From the human T2T-CHM13v2.0 reference genome, Homo sapiens, in NCBI RefSeq assembly GCF_009914755.1, contig NC_060940.1: a stretch of 64,000 nucleotides of DNA. One strand, 5' to 3'. The stretch's first letter is position 1; every line of letters starts with the position of its first letter. Shown one piece after another: positions 1-59,927 of this stretch. Under the pieces are notes generated by a model. It searched no databases, was not told where the DNA came from, and was given only the letters and a program-made list of their open reading frames with translations. The position numbers and the translations under genes were made by a program.

Positions 1-185
1 GCAGATGACGTTTGTGAATCCCTTATGTGACAGAGCTTATTAGATCCATCCAACAAACCTTTTGGTAGATGGTTCCAGTACCTGATACAAAAATAAAAGG
101 ATTGTACAAAAAAGGGCATGGTTTTTGCTTGTTACAACACAGGTAATTACAAACGACAAATCCTTCAAAAGGGAAGATGACAACT

Positions 186-191
186 TTTATT
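186..191 (-). terminator. Distal polyadenylation signal AATAAA of GSPT1
   Basis: tttatt on +; downstream TTTGTCGTTTGT GU-rich element at about 160-149 on -. Confidence 0.7.
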
Positions 192-3100
192 GTTATTACA
201 AAAGCAAATTTAATTTGTCATTTGAATAATTGCAAGAGCAGACTAAGGGCTTAATCCTCACACAGGCACCAAGTCAGGCACAGTAGGTAGCTACAAATCG
301 TAAGAAAAAGCTTTCTTTCCTACCTAGAGCACTCTTCCATGCTTTGGAATTAGGCTAAAAAACTCAACAAACCTGATCAGTTCCCTTTAATCCTGTTTTT
401 TTTTTTTTTTTTTTAAATGAGATCTAGGTATTAACCTGCTGTCTAGCGAAAACTAGTCACTAAGTCCTGGCCTGAGAGATACCCACATTTCCTTTAGAAC
501 AAACAGAACTAATACCTGTGTACATTTCTGAGAGCCTGATGTGTGAGTCCTTAAAATGTAGACCTTGCAGGAGGCTTAGACCTCAGTTTCACCTAATGCA
601 TGTGGAGGAAATGGAGGTGAGAATAGTCACCTGAAGAGTGCAAGCGCTCCAGCTCCAGCACACACACTCTTCCCTGGGCAGCAGGAAAAGGAGGTAACAA
701 GGACTTGGGCTGACATCTGAAGCACTAAGCTAATGTGCCTGGTAGAGGGGAGCCTCAGGAAGCACAAGATGTCATTCCACCTGTGCTGTCCACAAACCTG
801 AGGTTTCCACATCGTTTTAAAGGGCACAGTGGCAAATGTGACAAGGCAGAAAACAATAACCATTTCAAGGATCACTTAAGGAATCCTGGTGTTTTCTGCC
901 TAATCAGAAGTAGTACCAACCTGCTTTTCCCTTATATTGGAGAACATAAAGGTTTTAATTAATCTCCACTCCCACACCTTCAGGCCCTTATAATAATCCT
1001 TAGTAAACAACTCAGCTAGCATTATTGTTTCAAGGAAGCATAGGATTAGAGGTATGTGAGAAGTGTATTTATTGAAGGGAAGACTCAGTAAGTTCTAGGA
1101 TATTAAAGTCAAGAATATCCTAGAGCCAAAAACCACCAAAAGTTGAACCAAATCTACCTGAACTGAACTGATAGTAAACTGGGTCAAATGGAATCCACGG
1201 AATTACTACTGGAAAATAAAAACACTTCCTATTCTTTCTATTCCTATTCATTTACTATGAAACCTAATCTAACCAACTGACTGCTAAATGTAAAGCTAGT
1301 TAAGTCTTTTGTGCATGTGCAATTACACTTACTTAACAAGATGCTGCCATGGCGAGATCTCTCACGAAAGAAACAAGATCAAGGATGTACTAGATGGCAT
1401 CTGCTAGAATCACTGAAAAAGTTAGCTGCAAGAAATAAAAGCCTATTATTTGGAGATAGATAATTGTCCCCTGAATCCACTGGTTGTTCTCTTCCTTACC
1501 TATGTCTGTGAAAGGATTAATGGCACAGTTTGATAAGGTAAGCCAACAATGAATATAACATTTAACCATCCTAAAATCAGAGCTATAGTGCTATAACCAC
1601 ATTTTTCACAAAGGGTTTTAAAGTTGAAAGTTGCCTGATGTTAAGACCTGTAATAAAACTGCGTATTTTCCCCTTGACTACCTTAAATCCCTACCCAAAG
1701 CAATGAAGCTATCATCCATGAAGTAGCAGTCCATGAGGAAGTCCATGCCAGTAAGAAAAGGTGCTAGAGTGCTGTTATGTGTAATAGTCATCAAAGATCA
1801 CGGAGTAATTCCAGTCATTACTAGTGTTCCTGCAGATCGCCAAGGGAGCTTAGCTGATTTTTTTCCAGGTTCATCTTGGGAGCAGTTTTTGATCATAGGT
1901 TCAACTTTTTTCTTGGGTTGCAAAACTGCATCTGGCTGCAAGTCTAACCCAAAATATTCGCAGCGTATCAGCTGAGAGGATGCCGGCAACTGTTGAACTA
2001 CATCACAGTTCAAAGTCCCATATTGTGAGAGCAGTACTTGTAGTTTATGTAACCAGCAAATATGAGTTACCTCGTTACAGTGAACAACCTGCACTGTTAG
2101 AGTTTAGGAACTTTTGACATTCGGTTATCACATATTTCAAAGATTTTCAACTCACAAAAAAAAAAATACATGGGCTTAATTACTCAGTAACACTTTACTA
2201 TTTGTCACTTAATCTCAAGACAATACACACTCAGTCCAACTCTTTTGGTTTGATTTTACATAGATTTTCACTTACTTCTGCAAATTAAAAACAAGAAATG
2301 AGTGCTGTATTTCCCCCTCTCCCACAGTAAGAAACAAGGGTTTAAAATGGCAATTACTTAGATGTTTATTTCAATATTTCTTAAATTCACTTTATTAATT
2401 TAAAAAACTAAATAATCGCATGAAAGTTATATAAAGAACATCATTAATGTGAAAAGATGCAAGAAAAAAATCATTCTAGTAGAGCAACGTTAGAGAACAA
2501 ATGCTTAGGTAATACCCTAAATATGCAGCCAACTACCCTATTTTTGCACTGTTGACCATATAAGCACGTTTGCATTTGCAGAAAACAGAATGACAGCATA
2601 GGAATTTGTATTGCTCTATAACGGTCCAACATCTCCACATAATGCCAAGTTCACCTTAGACATTTTATTTACTTATCCAAATGAACAGCCTGTGTAAGCA
2701 GGATTGAAAATGCATCAACTTTAAAAAGATGAGAACAATTTTCAAAGCCCATAGAACTTATGTTGCTGGTTAATTTTAGCACTGAAATTTCTTTTGAATA
2801 ATCTAATCTTGCAAATATGCAAGAATCCAGTGGAATTTTTACAGTTACATTTGTATTTGTATGACCTGTTACTTTTTAGAGGTAGGCCCTTCACAGTTGA
2901 TATCCAAGTTACTTAAGAGTCTTGGCAACATGCACATAATAGTCTAACAGTGTAAATGTTTTAGTAGCAAACATAACTTATTTTTTAAAAATGTGTTCTA
3001 TTTAGAAAGGGAACTCTTATCTCTGGAAGTGATTTCCGTGGCTCTTGAACTTTTAAATATTCATTAAAATTCAAGCAATTGCTAGTATTTGTTTTTATTA

Positions 3101-3322
3101 ACATGGAATTACAAAAAGAACTATTATGTTTTGATTAAAGCTCCTATATTTTCCAGAAAAATAAAAGCCCAGAGATTTGCAGACATAATAAAATCTATTT
3201 AAATTTCATGCAATAGCCATAATTATAGTTTTAAGAATCTGTAGGACAATAACTTTGCTCTGTCCATAAGATGTAGCCTCATTCAAGAAATGAATGGGAA
3301 TTTCACAGTTAAGAAAACACTA

Positions 3323-3620
3323 GGCCAAGTGCGGCGCCTCATGCCTGTAATCCCAGCACTTTTGAGAGGCTGAGGCGAGTGGATCACTTGAGGTCAGAAG
3401 TTTGAGACCAGCCTGACCAATAGGGGGAAACCTCGTCTCCACTAAAGATACAAAAATTAACTGGGCCTCGTGGAGGGCTCCTGTAATCCCAGCTACTCAA
3501 GAGGCTGAGGCAGGAAATTGCTTGAATCCGGGAGGTGGAGGCTGCAGTGAGCTGAGATCGAGCCACTGCAGTCCAGCCTAGGTGACAGAGTGAGCCTCTG
3601 TCTCAAAACAAAACAAAACA
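3323..3620 (+). mobile_element. AluS inside the GSPT1 long 3'UTR (antisense to the mRNA)
   Basis: Full dimeric Alu with a (CAAAA)n tail. Confidence 0.93.
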
Positions 3621-4731
3621 CCCATTAGATTAAGTTTTATGTTCTGTGACTGGAAATACAGTCTGTCTAGGCTTTTCTTTTCTGAGGAGCAAAATTATAG
3701 GGAAGAGACTTGTCATTAAATATACAAAGTATCTTATTTAGAGAGAAATCACAATCTAAAAGAGGCTATCTTTGATCAATGGCAACACTCAACATCAAGG
3801 GGGCTTTGGATAAACCCACAAATTGCCTCCATTCCTCATTTATTCTCATGAAAAATTTCAAAGTCATGATAATTATAGCAGAGAGTCATTCAATCTAAAA
3901 CCCACACAATGCTGCACTGTGGTTCATCAAAAACATGGTTAGCAAATTTCAGCTTTACACTTAAGAAAACTCAGTCAATTTCAAATAATTGAGATAAAAC
4001 TTATACCCTGCTTGATTCTGCTTATCGCTGATAATTTTAGTCTGTTCAGATTCTGATGATTCTAAATATTTTCATTTAGTTGCTAGGTTGAGATTTAGCT
4101 TTAACCAGCAAGGATCATCCAACCTTTAAAGTTACTGATACAAAGAGTAAACTGAGTAACTTGTAGAAGTGGCACTTGCAACTGATACGGTTTTCATACT
4201 AGAGGCATGCAGCTCTATTTATAAATACTACCAGAGGAATTTTTGCCAGGTCTCAAACATGCTTTATTTGTTGTTAATTCCACTAATTTAACAAGTTAAT
4301 GGAATTTTCTCTAGGGGTACAATTTCATTACGCTTTACTTATAAAAACTACAGTATGCTGTTCTTTTATTTTAAAACAACTTACTGTGTTCAAGAAATCA
4401 TGTTACAATATAAATTGGCAAAAAAAAAAAAAATAAATAAATAACTAAAAGACCTAGTAAAGCAGTGTCACATTTGCATAAAGGGATTTAACTGCATGTA
4501 TGCATTAACCATCAAAAGAAGGGGTCAAACTAATCCTTTCCTTTAATACAAACTTGAACGCTGTGAATGTCTCATTTATAGTGGGTAGGGAAAGAGTTTA
4601 TAAAAGTCCAAGTAATAAAATGTATTCAATTACTTGGGAAAGTTAAAAAGCTAATGCAACAATGTTACATCCAGATAAAAAACATTATTCAAAAGCAATT
4701 CAAATACCGAAAAGGATTTCAAATTGAATAT

Positions 4732-4737
4732 TTTATT
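4732..4737 (-). terminator. Proximal polyadenylation signal AATAAA of GSPT1
   Basis: tttatt on +, ~420 nt after the stop, with U/GU-rich sequence downstream on -. Confidence 0.7.
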
Positions 4738-5156
4738 AACATGGTAGTTGCCTTTGTAACATGTGCACACACACTCGCACACTCAGAATGATCTGCCTGG
4801 GGGAAAAATACTAAATATGCCTAAGGGGAAAATGAAAAATAAAAAAATTCCTGTAGGTTTTCATTATTGTAGGCAATTATGTCCACATCACTTACAAAGC
4901 TATTGCCAAATCTGTCCAAGGAAGCAGAGTTTGAAGTGAGGGCTAGGGACAGGAATCTTGGGAAAAATTCAACAGTGGCATAGCAGAGCTCTCAATATGA
5001 GAAAGCTGACATAATGTGGACTTTTGCTGTGAATTTCCTCTTTGCAAAATATGGGGAGAGGTTTATCAATGGGCAGAAAATAAGAGAAGGCGGTGTGAAG
5101 TAGGCTTCTGCAGTCAATTTTCCTCACAGTATTGTGCAGGGTCATCAAGAAAATGC

Positions 5157-47763
<42,607 letters not shown>

Positions 47764-48151
47764 GATCGGGGGGGCCGTGTGTGTGGTGGACAGAGAGCGA
47801 GAAATGGAGGCAGGGGCGCCCGGCCGGAGAGGAGTGGGCAACGCTGACTGAGGGAAGGCGGCGGGGCAGAAGGGCCGGGAGCTAGCGACAAAGATCCCCG
47901 GCGTCGCCGCGGCAGCAGCTCCAGTCCCGACTCCACACTCGCGACGACGACAGAGGCGGCGGCGGCAGCAGCTCAACCCTCCTCCTCGTGTGTGTGAGCG
48001 GATCTCCTCCCACCCAACCACCTCCGACGGCCTCACAGCCAACCCCACCCCCGGCGCGGATTGACCCCTCGCCGCCACCCGTACCTTCGCCTCGGTAGTT
48101 CTCTGTTCTGGCCGCCCCCGTTTCCGGCTATTTAGCGCGGCGGGAGGTGGA

Positions 48152-48171
48152 ACTACAAGTTCCGGCAGCGC
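48152..48171 (+). promoter_or_regulatory. ZNF143/THAP11-type ACTACA-TCCC motif with neighbouring ETS (CCGGAA) sites
   Basis: ACTACAAGTTCCGGCAGCGC resembles ACTACAnnTCCCAGnAnGC; CCGGAAG at 48237-48243 and TTCCGG at 48122-48127. Confidence 0.6.
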
Positions 48172-49339
48172 CCGCGCTACCCCGCTGCGGTTTTCCCGGG
48201 GGCCGACGGGAGTCGAAGTTCAGGGACAGGGCGCAACCGGAAGCGGCTCCGGCTCCCGGCAGGCAACGCGAGGAGGCGGAGGTCTGGTGGCCGCTCGGCG
48301 GCCCCACCTGTCACCTGGTGGGGGGGCAGCGGCAGGCCCTGGTTGGTGCAGCTCTGTGCTGGGCCGAAGACCGAGAGTATTTTAGCCCATAGGAGGGGTC
48401 CACTCTGGCCTGCTGGACACAGGCTGGGGGAAAACGGACAGCATCTATAACATGGGGAAGAAAAATACACTCAGCTCCCGAAAATTCTTGTACTCTCTTT
48501 TCACCACCTTTCCTGCGTTCTCTGCCTCACAGTCTCCGTACCTTATTCTCTTTCCACCTTCTTTCTCCTCACCCCCAGCCAGATTTTGCCCTTCATTTCA
48601 AAGCCGGTGCAGATTGCAAAGCTGATTTCATTTTATGTAATCATTTCGTGGAAGAAACAATAAAACCGTGAGATATTCCGGCTTAAAACTGCAGTGTGGC
48701 TCATAAAGCGCTGGGGCCCAGGCTCTGCCCAGGCAGAAGGGATTGTTAACTGGAAAATTTCAATGACTCACCGTTTGTTTGACTAGTCATATAAAGCCTT
48801 CACCCAAATTTTTCCATCCTTTCCTCCTCCCCGCCAAAGGGTTTGCAAATTAAACAGAGGATTGCCGTATTCCATGGTGTATCCGGCTTACCTAACAGGG
48901 TTATTTTGGTGAGTCTAGCTTCCTTATGCACCATTACGTGAAGTGGTTTCCTTTTGAATGGTCTGATTTGCTCAAGAATTCCCATAGTACTTTTCATCGA
49001 CTGCATCTTACACTTACAGATTAGGTAAACCTGGGAAAAGAACAAAAGCAAACGAGAAATACTTAAGAGTTCGCATTTAGGCCCTTCATGAAGTAGGAAA
49101 AAATGTTGCTCTGAGTACCTGTTAAGCTTTCCTGTAATTCACCCATGTGGAGCCCAAGACAGAGAAAAACATATTGTTAGTATTTTTCTGAAAGGAGTCT
49201 AGACAGGGTGCAACTAATCTGCCTAGAAATTACAGACTAAAGAAGCACATACATAGAATAGATGTTTCTGAACAACCTTAGGTTGTTAAAAAAAAAAAAA
49301 ACCCAACAAAATCCAGATCTAGATCTGTATTTTAATTTT

Positions 49340-49638
49340 CTTTTTTCTTTTTTTTGAGACGGAGTCTTGCTCTGTAGCCCAGGCTGGAGTGCAGTGGGGC
49401 GATGTCGGCTCGCTGCAAGCCCGCCTCCCGGGTTCACAACATTCTCCTGCCTCAGTCTCCGGAGTAGCTGGGACTAGAGGCGCCCGCCATCACGCCCGGC
49501 TAATTTTTTTTGTATTGTTATTAGAGACGAGGTTTACACCGTGTTAGACAGGATGGTCTGGATCTCCTGACCTCGTGATCCGCTCGTCTCGGCCTCCCAA
49601 AGTGCTGGGATTACAGGCGTGAGCCACCGCGCCCGGCC
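49340..49638 (-). mobile_element. AluY with an 18-bp TSD
   Basis: GATCTGTATTTTAATTTT at 49322-49339 and 49639-49656. Confidence 0.92.
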
Positions 49639-51134
49639 GATCTGTATTTTAATTTTAAACATCTGTATTGTAAAGATAAAAGAGAACTCAGCCTAATGAG
49701 ATAGGTCAAAAACGAAGCTGTCAAGTATTTTTCAAAAGAGTCCTAGGCTACAGTAATTTGAATTTAATATTAAACTACCAAGCTTTAGGGATTAAAAAAA
49801 CACATACCGGCCAGGCGCAGTGGCTCACACCTGTAATCTCAGCAATTTGGGAGGCCGAGGCAGATGGATCACGTGAGGTCAGGAGTTCGAGACCAGCCTG
49901 GCCAACGTGGTGGAACCCCCGTCTCTACTAAAAATACAAAAGTTAGGCCGGGCGCGGTGGCTCACGCCTGTAATCCCAGCACTTTGGGAGGCCAAGGTGG
50001 GCGGATCACGAGATCAGGAGATTGAGACCATCCTGGCTAACACGGTGAAACCCTGTCTCTACTGAAAATACAAAAAATTAGCCGGGCGTGGTGTGCGGGC
50101 GTCTGTATTGCCAGCTACTCAGGAGGCTGAGGCAGGAGAATGGCGTGAAACCAGGAGGCGGAGCCTGCAGTGAGCCGAGATCGCGCCACTGCACTCCAGC
50201 CTGAGCGACAAAGCGAGACTCTGTCTCAAAAAACAAACAAAAAAAGCGATCCACCTGCCTCAGCTTCCCAAAGTGCTGGGCTTATCGGTGTGAGCCACCA
50301 CACCCGGCAGAGTTTGCCTCTGCTTAATAGGAAGTTTTGGTTATAGCCTATTATTATACCTGAAGACCTCACTGAATCATACTTAACAATGTCCATTTTA
50401 AAGTTGGTATTAAGTGACTGTCAGATTTACAGAGAACTTAACAACTGTTATGAAAATTAGAACTTCATTTATGCGAGACCTGTATTGCTATTGAATAAAA
50501 GATTTTCATCTTATATTCACAAGAAAAAATACAATGTGTTCTAAATGAAATGCCTTCTCTTTCCAGATTTTCACTCCCCACCCACCCACCCCTAAGAAAA
50601 TGTCAACACAATCAGCTGACTCAAATAATGAACTACACATCCTTCTCTAAGCATTTTGTCTTTGAATACTACTCTCCTCCATGTAGCACTCCTACAGCAC
50701 TGAATGATCACTTTCTCATAGGTTAGTTCTTCACATCTAATTGAATTAGCAGAGTTTCCTTCTGCCTGGTACTTTTTCTAGGGACAAAGGCAGAAACTGC
50801 TCAGACTGCTGCTTAGAAAAGCAGTTGATGTCATTAATTTCCTTGTCTCTGAATAGGATAATTATGGATATTCAGGAAAAAATCCACTCCATTGGTTTTC
50901 CAAAGCTTTGACCTGCCAAACAGAGCTCCAGCGGAAAAGGGAAAAGTCTTTCTTGTTAGTTGTGCTAAGTTGTGTGTAAGTTGTGCGACTTGAGGGCAGG
51001 GTCTTACCTTAATCTTCTTTACATTTCCACTGCCTAGTGTAATGCCCGGTGTATAAAAGGTGCTTAATCAATTTAGCTGGGATGATACTGTCCTTTGATA
51101 CTCATTTAAGACTGCTGACACATAGGGCTAATAA

Positions 51135-51436
<302 letters not shown>

Positions 51437-51605
51437 TGAGCCACCACGCCTGGCCTGTATTTTTTTTTAGTAGAGACAGGGTTTCACCTTGTTGGCCAGG
51501 CTGGTTTCAAACTCCTGATCTCAAGTGATCTGCCTGCCTTGGGCTCCTAAAGTGCTAGGATTACAGATGTGAGCCACCGCACTTAGCTATTTTAATTTAA
51601 TTTAA

Positions 51606-51916
<311 letters not shown>

Positions 51917-51924
51917 TAATAATT

Positions 51925-57285
<5,361 letters not shown>

Positions 57286-58242
57286 TCTGAGGAGGATTTC
57301 ATTATAAACCTGCCATGAAGGGAGGGAATCCAATTTTACGAGAGGGTGTAGCCTGGTGAGGCCTGGATGACCTCCGGAGGCAGGGGCTTGTGCCTGGGCT
57401 GAGGCCTAAGGGACAATGGACAGACATGAAGTTGCCCCAGGCAGAGGGTACAGTGTGGGCAAAGTCAGGAAGTGGCAGGGCTTGGATCACTCCAGGAAGA
57501 GAGAGGAGTCATGTGTCACAGGAGCTCGAGACCCAGAGAGGGAGGCAGGCAGGCAGGCAGGGACCAAGCTTGGGCACAGCCAGGAAGGCAGGACAGGGCA
57601 TGGTGGGGCCAATGGAATCATTACCCAAGACGGGGATTTTCAGGGAAACAGCTTAGATAAGGCCAGGTGTACAGTAGCTCCCACCTGTAATCCCAGCATT
57701 TGGGGAGGCTGAGGTAGGAGGACTGCTTGAGCCTGGGAGTTCGAGACCAGCCTAGGCAACATAGTGAGACCCCATATCCACAAAAAATTTAAAAAAGGAG
57801 TTTGTGTTCCTGTAGTAGCAGACTTGGGAGGTTGAGGTGGCAGTATCACTTGAGCCCAGGAGTTCAAGGCTAAAGTGAGCTGATTGAGCCATTGCACTCC
57901 AGCCTGAGCAACAGAGAGATACGCTGTCTCAAAGGAAATACAAATTAAAAAACCAGCCGGGCATGCTGGCGTGTGCCTGTAGTCTCAGCTACTTGGGACA
58001 CTGAAGTGGGAGGATCGCTTGAGCCCAGGAGTTCAAGGCTGCCGTGAGCTATGATTGTGCCTCTGCAGTCCAGCCTGGGCGACAGAGAAAGACCCTGTCT
58101 CTTAAAAAAAAAAAAAAAAAAATCTTAGATAAGAGGATGCTGTGCCTCCCTGGGGGTCTTCAGTCACCCATGGTCCTGGCAAGAGAGGAGGGCCAGGAGA
58201 GAGCTTCACCCACCTGCTGTCCTGCCCATGTGACATCCGCAG

Positions 58243-58349
58243 GTGCTGCCATGGCCACGACTGTTGTTACACTCGAGCTGAAGAGGCCGGCTGCAGCCCC
58301 AAGACAGAGCGCTACTCCTGGCAGTGCGTCAATCAGAGCGTCCTGTGCG
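58243..58349 (+). pseudogene. PLA2G10: Isolated duplicated exon of group X secretory phospholipase A2 (CCHGHDCCYTRAEEAGCSPKTERYSWQCVNQSVLC)
   Basis: ccgcag|GTGCTG...TGCG|gtgagt, 107 nt; sPLA2 CCxxHDxCY catalytic motif; no other PLA2G10 exon seen, so this is a partial duplicate. Confidence 0.88.
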
Positions 58350-58417
58350 GTGAGTCCCCAGCAGCACCATGCCACCCACCCCGAGTATCCCCTGGGCACC
58401 CTGGCATAGCCAGATGA

Positions 58418-58801
<384 letters not shown>

Positions 58802-59306
58802 TAATGTGAGTGATCTTTAACACTGAGCACTTGAAAAAGAAAACCCTGAAGAAACCTAATTCTTTGATGTCTGGACGACAAGGAAAAAGATAGAAATGGC
58901 ATCAGATAATAAACAGTGTAAATGTTTATCAGAAAGGGGCTGGTGGTCGGGACAAGTAGGAGGATCGCTTGAGTCCAGGAGTGCATCTCTACAAAAAAGT
59001 TAAAGGATTTTTTAACATTGGCCAGGCGTGGTGGCACACATCTGTGATCCCAGCTACTTGGGAGGCTGAGGCAGGAGGATTGCTTAAAGCCCAGGAGGTT
59101 GAGGCTGCAGTGAGCTGTGATCGAGCCACTGCACTCCAGCCTGGGTGACACAGCAAAATCCAGTCTCAAAAAAAAAAAAAATAATAATATTTTACATAAC
59201 CAACCACTTCTAAAGATTAAAAAAACCCCCTATGATTAACAACCTCAGGTCCCTCAGGCAATCATACCAGATATCGAAACAAAGCAATAACATAAGGACT
59301 GCAGTA

Positions 59307-59336
59307 TTTATTTTATTTTTATATTATTTATTTATT
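59307..59336 (-). terminator. Cluster of AATAAA poly(A) signals for the NPIP gene, inside a degraded Alu tail
   Basis: Several tttatt on +, ~100 nt after the NPIP stop. Confidence 0.65.
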
Positions 59337-59420
59337 CTTTGTTAGTTTGTTTTTGGAGTGTGGGTTTTGTTTTGTTTTTTGATTTTTTTATTTTGTTCTA
59401 CTCAGTTTTATTCTTATTGC

Positions 59421-59927
59421 TCAGGCTTGAGTGCAATGGCCTGTTCTCAGCTTACTCAACCTCCGCCTCTTGGGCTCGGGTGATGATGGTTCCACCTCAG
59501 CGGCCCTCCGCCTCTTGGGTTCAGGTGGTGATTCCACCTCAGCGGCCCTCCGCCTCTTGGGTTCGGGTGGTGATTCCATCTCAGCCGCTCTCCACCTCTT
59601 GGGTTTGGGTGGTTTTTCTGCCTCAGCCTCCTGAGTAGCTAAGGGAGGTGTCTTGAGATTATCATCCGCTGAGGGTGGAGCTGAGGGTGGAAGGGGAGTG
59701 AGCAGACACTCGGGAGGTGTCTTGAGATTATCATCCGCTGAGGGTGGAAGGGGAGTGAGCAGACACTCGGGAGGTGTCTTGAGGCTCAGGGAGTTATCAG
59801 TTATAGAATGTTGTTGAGTTGGAGGAGGTGGCTGGTGGCCCATCCTGTTTTTTAAAGTTTCAGCTGTGAGGTAGGGCCAGTAGGGCAATCCTGAAGAATG
59901 ACGATGCTCCGCTGCCGCCATTCTGAC
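59421..59927 (-). CDS. NPIPB2: NPIP family, B type: last coding exon ([13 protein letters not shown]...HCTQA*)
   Basis: ctacag|GTCAGA acceptor; NPIP signature [19 protein letters not shown] repeats; TGA at 59423-59421. The family call is firm; the paralog name is inferred from adjacency to GSPT1. Confidence 0.88.
   Translation of the reverse strand, partial: VRMAAAEHRHSSGLPYWPYLTAETLKNRMGHQPPPPTQQHSITDNSLSLKTPPECLLTPLPPSADDNLKTPPECLLTPLPPSAPPSADDNLKTPPLATQEAEAEKPPKPKRWRAAEMESPPEPKRRRAAEVESPPEPKRRRAAEVEPSSPEPKRRRLSKLRTGHCTQA
59461..59640 (-). repeat. Alu-derived coding tandem repeat, 42-45 nt x4 ([14 protein letters not shown])
   Basis: Units start at 59461, 59506, 59548 and 59590 and align to the Alu right arm. 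Confidence 0.88.
59641..59800 (-). repeat. NPIP coding VNTR (57/69-nt units, about 2.5 copies)
   Basis: Repeated gggaggtgtcttgag...ctgagggtggaaggggagtgagcagacactc. Confidence 0.88.

Larger units (their letters stand above)
165..5156 (-). other. GSPT1: GSPT1 long 3'UTR (~5 kb) with tandem poly(A) sites
   Basis: Follows the stop codon; AATAAA at 4737-4732 and 191-186, the latter followed by a GU-rich tract. The 3' end is approximate. Confidence 0.7.

Noticed and set aside
396-414. 19-nt A run on the mRNA strand as a poly(A) site or retro-insertion
   Set aside because: Genomic homopolymer with no attached element; more likely an oligo-dT mispriming site.
58142-58417. 91-aa ORF as a complete phospholipase gene
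   Set aside because: Only the 107-nt exon is homologous; signal peptide, calcium-loop and C-terminal exons were not found in the window.
59461-59800. Regularly spaced repeats resembling a CRISPR array
   Set aside because: These are coding tandem repeats without unique spacers, in primate DNA with no cas genes.
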